DNA from: Lytechinus pictus
Lineage: Eukaryota
Direction: 5' to 3'
DNA: 64,000 bases
Assembly: GCF_037042905.1 (NCBI RefSeq)
Contig: NC_087251.1
Span: forward strand, 19,284,001 to 19,348,000
Both the position numbers and the translations under genes were made by a program. The notes under the pieces are model-generated. The model was not told the origin of the DNA, searched no databases, and saw only the letters and a list, made by a program, of their open reading frames with translations. Below, one piece after another: positions 23,001-38,000 of this stretch (the first letter of the stretch is position 1; every line of letters begins with the position of its first letter).

Positions 23001-26000
23001 GGGGGTTTCCTAGACTTACAGGACCCTCTATGTTTAATGAGGTGTCTGAACATGATCCTCCTAGATAACAGTTCAGTATGTAAGACCGAGTTCTGCTTTG
23101 CTTTGTAATAGTTCTAGCTATGTATAACATTTCAGTTTTGCCTCTGTTAAAAGAATATTTCCATTTCCTTTGGCTTCGTATTGTTATATTATACAAAGAG
23201 AAGAACAATTATGAAAGGAAACAGAACTTACATATCAGCCACTTTGACGTAGTCAACATCGACACCACGTGGTTGAATGTTTACCTCTGGTGCTAGAGTA
23301 GCTGAACGTACAACGGTCAGGGAAGCAGAGTCAGATTGACCAAGGAAATTAGTTACGTTCAACGTGAAGTCATATTCCTCATCAGCTTCGGTTAGAAGGG
23401 ATCCATCTAGGACAAGATCTGCAAACCCGTAACCACCTTGGGCCGCTATATGTTAAAAAAGGAATGCAATATAAGAATGTAGGTTATGATAATATATTGC
23501 TATTCGTATAGAGCTATAAGCTTAAAGAGAAACTCGGTATAAGTGTTATTCATCGCACCGTAGAACCCCACCAAAAAAGCTTAGAGTAATAATAACAGTT
23601 ATCTTTCGAGTTATGACGGCAGGTAGACGGACGTTCGATCAATATATGATCAAGTCTAGAGCGATATCTTTTCTGACCATCTTCAACGTACCGTTATCAT
23701 TTCGAGATTTCATAATCTCTGCAAATACTACTGCCTTACCATTGGTAGTATCAAGAGCGTCGGTGAGGTTTGCATCGACAGTAGAAGCGCTGACGGACCA
23801 CTCGTAAATGAGAGGTCTGGCTCCAGAACCAGTAGATTTACGTCCATTCAGTACGAGATTCCCGCAGCTTGGTATCTTAGATGGTCCAGAGAGGAAAGCT
23901 GTTGGAATGAGCGGTGTATCTGGGGCCTGGATGGCTACGCTACCGTTAGCAGCGTAAGAATAATCCTGCAAGAACGCGTACACAGAATCGTTCTTAAGTG
24001 TCAAACTGTCCCCTGTGAAAACAAGAAAACAGAAAAGCGCCTTATTTTCAAATTGTTGAGAGGTGATCATGATGATTACAAATGGTATATGCAACAAATT
24101 ATTTTTCGACGAGGTGACATCGACTTCAATTCCAAAATTTTCAAACGTTTATCTTTTTCTTAATCTGCATTGCCTAATTTGGGGACAAGGAGCATATTTC
24201 CCTGTTATGATTTTCAGTATTAAACTATTTCTCGCACCAAACAGATGAACGATTGAGCAAATTGCTCTCTGACATTCCGAGCATACTCACCGATGCTGAA
24301 GAGGTTGTTCCCGGTGCCAAAGATGACAACCAGTTTCATAGGACCAGCCCAGATACACCAGGCACCCTTTCCAAGGCCATCAACATCCTCAAATATATCA
24401 TCACAAGACCCGAGATCGTAATAGTGAACAGGTTCGCCAAACTCCACCCATAGGAAAGCACCTTGTTTGGGGGAAATATATAGGAAAGCAATTATGATTG
24501 ATTTTATTAGCTTGATTAGGCACTGCGTGTCTCTAATCAATTTATTGTTTTATTGAATTATTATCATTTTGTAAATTCAAAGTTTATTGGTAACCAAATT
24601 GAGTTTAAAATGGTTGCGCTAAAGTAGCTTGATGTTTCATATCGCCTTAGATTTCCTGGTTTTGGTTATGGAATTCGGCAACTTTGACAAAGAAAGTAAA
24701 TTAGCAAACGAGAGTATTGAATGTGGCAACGAAATGTCGCAAAGTTTGCGTCAAGGGTGTTGGCGACAACAAGTTACAAATGTCGTGTCTGAAATCGTTG
24801 AGTTTGAGGTAAACTAGTCGAATTGTAAGTTAAAGTTGAATTACCAATGGACTCGAAATTCAAGGCGATATAAATTATAAATCGATCGCACTTTAGCGGA
24901 AACGAAGATTCTAAAACAAAGCAAAGCTCGAAACTAAAACCGCCAAATTCAAACGTTAGGTAAAGACGTCGAATTAACGATCAATGTTCCTGAAGCTTCA
25001 GTCTAGTTTACATCAAGGGAACCAAACCATGCGCGTTTTGTTCTGTTATTCTCTTATGATATTGAATACCACAGACCAACTGATATACGTAGGCCTACCT
25101 GTTGAAGAAAACTGAGCTAAATCAATGGTCGGAGCGCTCCAATAAGCAGTCAACGTCACTTCGTCACCAATAAGACTGTCCTGTCCGTTTATGCTTGGGA
25201 AGGCGAAGAATCGACCCGACGTCGTTGGTAAGATAAAGTCTACGGTGAACTTTCTGTCGTTTGTGAATGTTCCTGCACTCATCCACACTGTTTCAGCTGT
25301 GGAAGATGAATTTATTAGATGGACATTAGAATGTTAAATGGAGGGGGTGAGGGATGCCAAACAATAAGGTTGTAGGTTTTAAGTAGAGGTAATTACTTTG
25401 AGGTAATTACATTAAGGTAATTACTTTGAGGATGGACAGAATCACTGTATTGGACAATTTGTAAATGAGCGATGAAAGTGAGAAGCAATATATGATAATA
25501 TTGAAATTGATGATTAAATTTGAAATAGATTTTGCGAGTGGAAAGGTCTTGTAGGCTGGGAATTAAAAGAAGTTCAATTAGCATCTTGATGCTGAAAAAC
25601 TAAAAAGAACTGATTTGACCAATAAATACCAATGTTGTATAAGCTTTGGGCGTCTTTTCTTATAAATTCTTTTGAACGGGTTTTAGCAGTAAATTTAAAA
25701 GTGAAGGCTTTAGATATCTACATTTATTTGAGCAAGAACGAAAACAAAACCCGACAAATTGTCATCATTTAGCATAATTAAAGAACAACCGCTTTTTTAT
25801 ATAGAATACCTATTTAGGGTTAAGGGTTATAGTATCGATTTTTTTTGGTTTCAATTAAAAGTTTAAAACATCAAATACAATGAGCCTGGTTGAAGCAGTT
25901 GCAGTGGCGCTCGGCCCACACTGGAATCAAGTTTCTATATCGCAATTAACTTTTAGATGGGAAGCAAGTATCTGGGCACATGTGCATCACAATTTCCTCG

Positions 26001-29000
26001 CTACATAAAAGTTTTTACGTTATTCTCATAGAATTCGACAATATGTTCTCAGTTGATTTTCTTTTTTTTTCAATTATGATTTGTTAACTTACGGTCATCT
26101 TCAGGTGAAACAAAGACCGAAGGAATGACATTGTAATCAGACAATGACATGAAGTCTGAGAATGAACCAGATGGAGCAGTGATCTCAAAGGTTTGTAGTC
26201 TTGGCACCTTGGTAACTAAAGCTTCGGTAGGACTGATGCTGTTGAAGCTGATATCTGACAAAGGTTGTAGGAAGAAGAAGTATTATCATATATTAAGCAA
26301 ATGGTATATTGATTGCGATTTTATCATTATTTACTTATATATTTATCTATTTATTTGTTTTATTACTTATTTATTTAATTATTCATTTATTAATTAATTT
26401 GTTAATTAATTAATTAATTTATTCATTTATTTATTGGGGTAAAGCCTGAAATTGTTTATATAAACATTAGTTAGGAAAATGATTCGTTATTACAATAACC
26501 ATACCAATACACAATTGTAAAAATAAATCCTTCCTCATCATTATCGTCACCCTCTCCCTGTGAATGGCGCCCGATCATTAAAAGCACACAAACTTACCTT
26601 CATATACATAGATACTCTGTCTGAATTCAGAGAGTGAGTCGCTGTTGCGCTTGATTGCCAGATCATATTCACCTGCATATACAAAGATAATCGTTAAAAG
26701 ATGAATCAAGATGTGAGCATGTGACGGTATCGTAATCTAAAATGCTAAACACGGCTGAAAAAACTTAAGAAGGAATGATAATGGTATTAAAATCAAGGGT
26801 TTTATTCGTTAACTTGTACAAAGTAATATCATTCCTACATTAAGTTTCCATTTAAGAAGCATTTAAGTGCACTATGTACATGATGTAATTATTTTAATTG
26901 CCTCTAATCAGCTGACAGTATGAATTATTATGCAAGTTTTAATGATGCATTTTTTCCACAAATACATACTGTCACTTTTTTTTTTGGGGGGGGGGGGGTT
27001 CGATCTTGGCTTATGTATGCACAGATCAGCAGACTCTATCAATCATATTATCAATAATCAATCGCTGAAGCTGCAAGATTCTTATCGATATAACTTACCT
27101 GCATCCAAGGCCGGGGTGGTACATTCAAGTTCAAAGTAGCTGATGAGATCGCCAATCTCTGCTTCGTATTGTTCACCGCTGTTGTCAATGAAGACACATG
27201 ATAGAGATGCATCGCTGCTGAACCCTGCTCCTACCACGTGGATCTGAAGAATAACGAAATTAAAAAAAACCCAGGAAACATGGTTCAGGAGCGGCGAATC
27301 CTTGATGTATGCCATTTTAAGCAAATATATTTGGGAATTACACATTTTCTAAAATTTTTTAATAGAACAACGTGTGTTCAACGGGCAATACATTATTTGC
27401 TAAAAACTAGTTTTAAGCGAAACGTCACGTTGGAATGTATTTAAGATTAAGTCCAATACAGAAAGGAAAGGATGGTCATATTGGTAAGTCAAAGGAAATT
27501 GAACCTTTATAAACGCACACAAAATATGTAAAGAGATCAAAACGTTTATTCTTCTTCTTCTTTAACTCTGGTATATCAGTTTTGAGTTGCGGTGTACCGC
27601 AAGGTTCTATATTGGGTCCATTGTTATTTCTGATTTATATCAATGATATTTGTTTGGTATCAAACACATTGAATTATATATTATTTGCTGATGACACAAG
27701 TGTTTTCCTATCACACCGTGATATTGATATCTTAGAAACACCATCAATATAATGTTGAACTTCCGAAACTATCTAAATGGTTTGGAAGTAATATGTTATC
27801 ACTGAATGTTAAAAAGACTAATTATATACACTTTAAAGGCAGGAAGTCATGTGCTGACCATGATTTAAGATTGAAACTTGACAATGCTTTGTTGGAAAGA
27901 AAGACGTCTACGAGGTTCCTTGGGGTCTACATCAATGATCAACTTAACTGGAATGATCACTTGAAACACATCAGTAAACCAATTTCTCGAAATATAGGTA
28001 TACTGTATAAAGTTAAGTACCTTGTACCTTATAAAATACTTTACATGTTGTACAATACTCTTATTCTACCTTATTTATCATATTGCAATATTCTTTGGGC
28101 AACATCAACGAGTGTCACAAACCCAATTCTTCTGTTGCAAAAGAAAGCAATTCGTATTTGTGCTGGAGTTGATTACCGTGATCATACGCGCCCTCTCTTT
28201 ATAAAGCTGCAATGTCTTACTGTTGATGATGTCCATTTTCTTCAAACTTCCCTTTTTATGATTCGATTTAATGCCAAAATGTTACCTACCTGCTTTTCCA
28301 CTATGTTTCAACAAAATAATACTATCCATACCTACCACACAAGACAAGCATCTAATATGCATTTGTATAACCCTCGCACGCTGTTGGCTCACAAATCTAT
28401 CAGACATTATGGACCTGATGTTTGGAATTCCCTACCTACTAGTACTAGGAATATATTATCAGTGCATTCCTTCAAAAGGGCGGGAAAACGCATACTTGTC
28501 TCTATTAAAGATGTAACTTTTTAGCAAGACACATTTTTGTTGTACTATACATCTTAAACTTAAAGATTGATATAATTTCAATAATTATTACGCCTCACAC
28601 ACTCCTTGTAAATATTTGTAAATAGTTGTGGCACATATAATTTGTTTTTTGTGCGTAATCATTAGTTTTTAATTTTTAGTATTCTTTTATATTTATGTAT
28701 GTATTTTATATATCCAAAGGTGTGACAACAGCTCAAGCATCTGCTTATGTTGTCATACCACTGCATGTCTGCAGCCTTGGTATAATCAGTTGTGTAAATG
28801 ATCATAATTATACATTATTATTATGTAAAATTTAATGTATTTAATGTTGTGATGGTCACACTATGTACATTGTCATGACATGCAGAAACGAATAAATAAA
28901 TAAATAAATAAAAATAAATAAAGGTGACAAGATTCACTAAAATGTTGGGCGTCCCACTTATTGAAACCTAATGGCGTTTCTGATTCAAACTGCTTTCAGG

Positions 29001-32000
29001 AATTAAACTTGATCTATGCAGTAATAAAATTTTAGACCGAAAGCCCAAGCTGACCCAATTTTATACTTTTTTTCAAATCAAGGGTAAATAGAGTGTATTG
29101 AGAACGAGAACAAAACATTTACTAAGTTCAAGATAAAGAATTCATCTTGAATCGTGCATCTTAACAATGCATTTACATCTATAGGGCTTATGTATACACA
29201 ATCAGGACGAACTCACCTTAGTCGCTTTGTTTGGTAGCACATTAGGAGTAATTTCTAACACACCAACACAATCTGAGCCGTCTCCGCCACAAGTCCCACA
29301 CGCATCATATTCCTCACCACTGTCATCAAAGAACAAATTCAACATTTAGTAGTTTGATCACGGGAATGAAAAAAAAAAAAAACGAAGCTCAGAGACAGCC
29401 TTTTGTCTCAGAGAATGAATACCAAATGTACAGAATTATAATTTATGGAAGATGGTATATTACAGACAAAATAAAAATGATTAATTTTGTCTAAATCTTT
29501 TTTTTTAAATATACATTTATGATACTAATATTCGATGGTGTGCTAGGAGCAAATAATGTATGTACCTGGCGGGAACCCCGTCGCAACCAGCACAAGATTG
29601 TTCGTCAGCACTTGGATCGCTATCACATTGACCGCACGCATTAATCCCTTCGTCGATTTCGAGTCCTGTGTTACCACCATAGCATTCACCGCAGTCATTT
29701 TCCTGAGCTCGAGGGAATCCTATGTAAAAAAATGAGATTTTGGATGAAATTATTTAACCTCTAAACTGGCTCCGTAAAAAGTTACATGCAGCAAATAAAT
29801 TTAATGTAATAATTCCCTGAAATGCACATTTCAATAAAGGGGGGGGGGGGGTCATAATGTCACTTACAGGTTTTTTTATATTAATTTATTTCATATTTTT
29901 ATCGGTGGGGGGGGGGGGGGTAGGCGGGGAAAACATCCCCTAAATGTACACCATGTAAGAAATCGGGCCCATTCACAAAGTATTCACATGAATGGTATAA
30001 CTTTGCCATTATGGTGCCATGGTAAAATTGCTCAGTAGCAAATCAAAATCAAGGTTTCCGTGGTAATCATCACATGCAATGGCAAAATTGTAAGTCTTTA
30101 TGAAACGGGATCCGTGTGATCATTTAGCATACCAAGACTATTATAAACTTGTGCAATAATTTACCTCAAGTTTGTAATCAAATCAGAGGTAGATAATTAA
30201 TTATTCATCCGATTAAAGACACAATTTATTATGATAGAAAAATAAACTTGACAAAAGGGAATATTAAATCTTGTTTATATAATGCTTGTCTTCAATGCTC
30301 ACAAGAATTTTTAAAGTAGTCGTGGGGTTAGGGGCAAAAGAGGGGACGGCAAAAACAAACAAAAAAATCGGGGCGTATAGCACAAAATCTAGAACAAAGC
30401 CCACTCTTTATAGTGATTGGGGTGCAGGAGTTATATGCGGGGAGCAAACGGTGACTAAGTGAAAAAAAAGTTTTGAGGGGTGAAAAAGGATCATCTGGTA
30501 CTTTTTACAACTTGAATTAGGAGGCTCATTATAGTAATTACTTTCTATTTACAAATTATTACAAGTTCAGTTTTCAAAATTCCAGGAAGGGAGGGGGGTG
30601 ACATCCCCCTTGCTATATGGCTACCGATTGCCCTTACATAAACCTTTCTTTAATGACGTAACATGAAAAAAGATAGGCTAGCCCCCAAAGTACCTGACTA
30701 TATCTAGGCTAAAATTAGACCGACCCCGGTCAGATTCATACCATCGCCTGCCTGGTACAGAATTGAAAATTGATTGTTCGATTTTTATCATTAACATGGA
30801 TACAAAGATTTTTTTCTTCCTAATGAAATGGATTGAATGCAGTGCAAATACACGATGAGAGAGCAGTATGCCGTGCATCGATAAGGCATTGTATTTGAAG
30901 AGCTACCCCTCACTACCTCGACAGCCGCACGACTCACCCAATACCCCCGCCCTAACCACCAAAAACTGGTCTCCATAAATTCTAAAACAAATCTGATGTT
31001 TGGAAAGGCTTAATCGTTATGTATCTCATGAAGGACATTAGTTTCGAATTTGTTGGCTTACATAAAGGTAGAAAGCATAATCGAAACAATGTTCATACTA
31101 CTATGTTTGTAGCTACGTAACCATAATTACCTAATACGACATTAAATTATAGCCTATGATGAATTTGCAAGATTTGAAGAAGCTAAAAGTTCGAAATATT
31201 CTACAAGCAGAACATTATAAATATATAAAAATGATACTCATTAAAGCTCTCTAAAATCTTGTTTATTAAGCTTCATCATAAACATATATCGTATCTCTTA
31301 TTGATTTGTTAATAATTAGAGTACCAAAATTTTAACATTTACCAGTCAGTGTCTTTAGTATGTAAACCTTGATAAAGATAAGTTAAAGTAAACTACTCGG
31401 GACACTACTTATCAAGGTGTATAATGAATTCCAATGATACTAATTATCGATTGTTTATTCCTTCACTATAACCCAGATACGCTTTCGTGTGAAGTTTAAA
31501 ACCAAGGTCTGATAACAAAAATGCTCATTATTGTGCGGGAAACCGCACGGAAGTTTTCCAAAATGTCCGACACAATACAAAATCAATTAACCAAGCGAGT
31601 CAACTTTTCACTCTGCATAATATGAAGATGGTTGGGTATGGTATAAACTGGGTTGTCTCGATATTGATTTCATTGACGTAGACTGGCTATAACTTCTTTG
31701 CATAAGAATGCTGCACCTAGAATGTTTGGTGGTAGTAGTTACCAACAAAGTTTCGCTTTGAAGTACTGAATCGATTTCTGACAACAGACCATAAAAAAAT
31801 CAATATGATATCGGACGTGGTCTACCACAGACCACCATTTTGTTTTACATTTTCCGTTTTATGCAACCTATATTACCATAAGCTTGCTTGACATTCTTTA
31901 AAAAGTAGGATATAACCCTTCAACAATTACTGTTTGGTGCCTTATATTGTAACCCCCTCCCGCATATGATTACTCAATCATTGAGTTGATTTTGCCTAAT

Positions 32001-35000
32001 TCCAATGAAAGTAGGTGTAAAAATATTCTTAAAAAACATCAAAGAAGTCACATTTCACGAGCTGACATTTGAGAATGATTGTTAATGTCTGAGAATTTGC
32101 AAAGACGAAGGAAGATTTGCAAAACATACAACGAACTATATATATCTTAATAAGTTTGTAATTGCCTAAACTAATTTTCTAGCATTTTCATTTTATTTTT
32201 ATTTTTAGGAATATTTGGTATTATTTACCAACCTGCCCAAATAAAATATATTTAATGAGCCGAATTCCGATAGCCGAAGCCAAAAAGTCTCAAAATGAAA
32301 TGAAGATAAACAAAAATTAATATCGGATAGATATGGGCCAAACTTCCATTATTCCCATTTTGAAGATGAAAAATTATTTAACTAAACTTGAAGATGAAAG
32401 AATCATGATCAGAAATCCTCTCTTTCAGCTAACCTTAAATGTTCTTTTTATGTATCATTCATAATATCGTCCTGATATTTCTTGATTTAACTTAGTTGTA
32501 AATCATTTTGATTATAGTATGATAGTATTCGTTTTCACTCAAAATCAGCCCTCCCTCCCTAATCCATGCACGGACACCAGCAAATAAGTCGAAACTGGTC
32601 AAACTCAGTCAAAATTATTAATAAAATTAACGTTAAAACTCTTCAATTGAATAAAAATGAATCTACCAGAATTAAGTCAATATAAACAAAAATATAATTC
32701 TTGATTCGTTAACTAGAATGGAATGAAATTTAAAGTTAGAGCCCACTTTGCGGTTAGTCATCGTATTTCGTAATCCGTTATATATTTTCTGTAATAAAAC
32801 GTCTGTAATGCACTCATTTAAGATGAGATGGACTAAGTGAAAAAAATAAACGAGTAAGATGTTCTTAGCTGTAAAGATTTTTCTATAATGCATTAATGGG
32901 GTAAAATGTTGGGACCTTGTGTGGTTTTATTTTCAGCGAATTTGGTTGGTATACATCCCCTCATTAGATGACTAAAACTGAATAAATGGGTTTTAAGAAC
33001 ACCTCTTTCATTTCGATACTCTTTACTACCACAATCCTATTTAAATATCCGATTCGCGTTCTTGTGTCACCAATTCCGTATTTCTCCCAAGGATTTGCGT
33101 AGTTATTCATGTCTTACAGTTATTTGTCTCCCCATTAAAAGAACATTTTCAATTAAAAAAAAAATGTATATGTTATTATTGACTACCTAGATTATGCACA
33201 TATATATTCTAAAATTCATAAATCAACCAAGCTATTTAACAAACGAAAGCTTTCAAAGTATTGCGTGGTTTCAATATTTGTTATGATCTCGTTTTTTTGA
33301 AGACATGACGGATCAATATTTGGACTCTGTCACTCATGTCACTCAAAGCCTTGCGACTGATCCGATCGTACAGTTGAATTGTGCGATTGGTAGCACATGA
33401 CGAACATTTCCATCAGAGAATTAATGAGAAATTGGTTATACGATTAATCCTAACACTTTGTATAGCATCATCGAGATGCTTTTAATTGGCTACTCCGGGC
33501 TCAAAATAGTTATTTCTAAATAAATAAAGTAAAAAATCATCAAACAAAACGCTGCAATTTTCATCAAAATCTGATAGGAAAATATTAAGTAATTGAATTG
33601 TAAAGATTACGAGAATTTTGTGAAAACAATTATATGCACGCCTTCATGAATATGCACTAGGTCGTCTGATGATGTCATGTCCCCACTTTCCTTTATTACG
33701 TTATTACATGAAATTATACTTATTTCACATGTTCATGGATGTTCCATGTAAAAAGTTACAGCAATGAATATTCAATGCATTAGATCAGTTTTCAAACAAT
33801 TTTCTTGGTGGTCTTAGTGGTCAAAATTTAAATAAATCTTACTTCATAAAACAAAATACAAAACAATCAGTGAGAGTATGACATCATCAGCTTGCTCATT
33901 GCATATTCATGAATGCATGCATAGAACTGTTTCACCGAAATAATGCAATGCTTTAAAATGTCATAGCTATGTTATTTGTCAGATTTTTTGATGAAATTTT
34001 CAGTGCTTTTTTTTTCATCTGTTCAAATCATTTGATTTTCAACCTTGAGCACCTATTTAAATATCTTGCTACTGAGATATATAACGAGATGTCATGGGGG
34101 AAGGGGAGGGGGGGGGGTAAATGACCAGCGGCGTATCGTGGGTCATGGCATGGGGGGGGGGGCACGAGTTACTTATTGAGAGCTCAGTAGCCAACACAGT
34201 GACCTGGAAAATATACATTTTAAGGACTCTTTGTAGGAATTCATGAAGAGCATACTTATCTAAGGACCCTACTGATCAAATGATACGATTGCCAAGCGCG
34301 AGGTGAAAATATTTGATATTCAGATCTGAAAATAGTATATTCTAAGTACCAGCTTTTTAAAAATAATATCTCACTAAATATGCAATGCAATTTTTGTATG
34401 TCTTTTGTTTGTTTAAAGGTCAAGTCCACCCCAGAAAAATGTTGATTTGAATAAACAGAGAAAAATCAAACAAACATAACACTGAAAATGTCATCAAAAT
34501 CGGATGTAAAATAAGAAAGTTATGACATTTTAAAGTTTTGCTTATTTTCACAAAACAGTGATATGCATAATTCAGTGACATGCAAATTAGACAGTCAATG
34601 ATGTCTCTCACTCACTATTTCTTTTGTTTTTTATTGTTTGAATTATACAATACTTCATTTGTTTATATATTTGACAATAAGGACAAATTTGATTGAATCA
34701 TAGTATTAAACAATGCTCATTCCACACTTGACAATGAGGAGAAAAATATGATATTCCATATTTCACATAATAAAATACAAAAGAAATAGTGAGTGGATGA
34801 CGTCATCAGTCTCCTCATTTGCATATAACTGTTTTGTGAAATTAAGCAAACATTTAAAATGTAATAACTTTCTTATTTTACATCCGATTTTGATAAAGTT
34901 TTCAGTGTTATGCTTGTTGGATTTTTCTGTTTTTATTCAAGTCAACTTTTTTGGGGTGGATTTGTCCTTTTTGACATAACACATGACACGTGAACTCCGA

Positions 35001-38000
35001 GCCTCCCCGTAATTACGCCACTACACATGATCATTCGGAGGTTTAAATTGTACAATATCCTGCAGTGGCGTACAGATGGGGGTCTAAAAAAAAAAGAGAA
35101 AGAAAAGAAAAGACAGAAGGGAAAAAGTGATATTTTCTGAATATCATGTAAAAATCTATCAGAAAATTGGGTTTTAGTAATAAATTTATTGAATTTTTTG
35201 CTCGCTCGCTTTGCCCGCTCGTGAACTATTTATGAAGTTTTCGTGATACGCCATATCTAGCCCCTTCACATTTTATTTGGCTTTAATAGTACGCCACTGA
35301 TTTCCGGGTAGGGCTGTTGGGTTGCGAATCAGAATTTATTTCAGGGACCACAGAATCGGGGAATGAGGGGCCACCTATTTTTTCAGTAAAAATGTACAAA
35401 AACATCAATAATATCTTATTTCTTTTGGCTCTGTCTCTCACTTTTAAAACCTTTCCGCAGCCCCTGTATTTCCCTCAACAATTTACATGTTATCATAATT
35501 GCATTATTATATCAAACGATACGCCTTTGGTGACAACAAATATTGAGAGAGATTTGGATGTTTCATCACTGTTTTGTAAAGTATCTCTACCTCATCCCCT
35601 GATGCCATGTTACGGAAATTATTTCACATTATAGTAAAACAACAAATTACTCTTCGTCCGAAATCTTTGATGGACGTTTATTGGAAGGAGTTCGCAACAA
35701 ATGAGTCAAAACTACCGCTTATGAATGGGAATAAAACTCAAAAGTTTTTTTCAAAGGAAAATAGAAACGTAAAGATAAACAGATGGGTGGAACAATATCG
35801 GACAAACATAAGATGTAATCACTACACAAGTTAAAGAGGAATTTCAAATTGGTCTAACAGAGGTATCGTCGCTGTGATGTAGAAGCTAGGGACAATCCTG
35901 CAATTACTTTTTCTTCTGCGGAGTCCATTATTTTTTTTCACTTACAATGGCGCCAGCTTGCAAGTGAATCAGATTCCGAATGAATATGACACGGAATTAT
36001 GTGGTATCAGCTGAAAAAAATATACTAATTTCTGAGTTACATTCACTCCGAACTGACGCCATTACTAGTCGACTTCCAGACACAAGAATATTATTCTCCG
36101 CCAAATTAAAGTGACGAACAAACCTACCTGGTGTTACACAAGTAGAGGAGCAGTCCATGTATTTGCTGCCACCGGTGTAGTTGACTCGAGAATACGGCTC
36201 GCAGAAATCACAGGTATCCTCCACCCAGTCTCCATCGCATACACCACGGCAATCGAGCCGGTCATCATTGGCGTCCTCATCCAGGCCAGAGTCACCACCT
36301 ACGTGATTGTGGAGGGAACGGGGAGCGGGGAGGGGGGGGGGGTAATATTTATATGCAAGTATAATTGCGAAGCATTATGCAAATGCCATTCAGGCAATCA
36401 TATTAAAGATGATGATCATGATGATGAAGAAGAAGAAGAAGAAGATGATGATGATGAAAAAGTTCTTAATATCACAGATATCTCAATATGCTCCGGTCTT
36501 AATATCTCAGAGGGCATATAGAGTAAGGATATCAATAGAGTTTTGGTTCAGAATAATGTAAAGATTAGGATTAGGGTTTATTTATCTTATATAGTTTTGG
36601 TTGGCTTAACGTGCAAACTTTCCATCGGAGCTATTGGCGCCGGAGCAAATTTCATGGAACCGCGATGTAATCTAAGTGAAGATATTATTATTATTACCAT
36701 TATTATCACTATTATTATTATCATTATTATTATTATTATCATCATCATCACTATCACCATCATCATTAATACTATCATTATTAATATTGTTATTATCATC
36801 ATCATCATATCGCCTGTCTTTAATGCAATTTCATCGATGAATCATTTTATCCCATTAAACCATGCTGGTATAATTAGGCATTTTTAACATTTCTCCATAA
36901 ATAAAACAAGTGGAACGCCTCTGGCAGTCTCGCCTGCATTACGCAATTCGAAATAGCAGCAGTGCTGCCTCTGATAACAGCTAATTAATAATTATTCACA
37001 GAAGAAAACACTAATATGATAATAAAATATTATGTCCAATCACCCAAAATGACCTTTGACCATGATCATGTGACCTAAGACATGTGGAAAACAATCATTC
37101 ATACTTGATTACCCTTCTGTCGATGTTTCATGAGCTAGAGCCATAAACTTTCTAAGTTATGACGCCAATCCAACACAGCCAGATGTCATTAACATTTAAA
37201 TTACCTTTGATCTTTGCCATGTTCCTAAAACGCGCACAGGGTATTCAGGGATACATTGCTGCTCTTAAGTCCAAGTTTTATGAACTAGATCCATAAACTT
37301 TTAAAAGTCTGATAAAAATTCCTCAAATACCCCAACATAGCTAAAGTTCGTTGACCCTAAGTGACCTTTGACCTCGGTCATGTGACCTGAAACTCGCACA
37401 TGATATTCAGGGATACACAGTTGCTCTTATGTCCAAGTTTCATGAACTAGATGCATTAATTCCTTTAAAAAACCCAACATGGCCAAAGTTCGTTGACCTT
37501 AAGTGACTTTTGACCTAAATCATGTGATCTGAAACTCAGGCAGGATCTTCAGTGATGCACTACTACCCTTATGTCTAAGTTTTATGAACTAGGTCCATAT
37601 ACTTTCGAAGTTATGACAACATATCAAAAACTTAACCTTGGTTTAGATTTCGATATTGATTCCCCCAACAAGGTCGAAGTTCATTGACCCTAAATGACAC
37701 TTGACCTTGGTTGTGTGACCTGAAACTAAGACAGGATGTTAAGTAATACTTGATTACCCATATGTCCAAGTTTCATGAACTAAGTCCATATACTTTCTAA
37801 GTAATGATGACATTTCAAAAACTTAACCTTGGTTGAGATTTCAATGTTGACGACGCCACCGTCGCCGTCGGAAAAGCGGCGCCTATATAGTCTCGCTCTG
37901 CTATGCAGGCGAGACAATAAACGAAGGTCTACCTACCAACACATTCACCGCATTTATCATAGAAAGCAGTAGCATTACAGGAACCAGAGCAATCCCATGT

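Noticed and set aside
27793..28524. Host protein-coding gene (243 aa)
   Set aside because: C-terminal part of a LINE reverse-transcriptase ORF with upstream frameshifted RT motifs.
36543..36887. Poly-Ile membrane protein ORFs
   Set aside because: (ATT/ATC)n microsatellite artefact.
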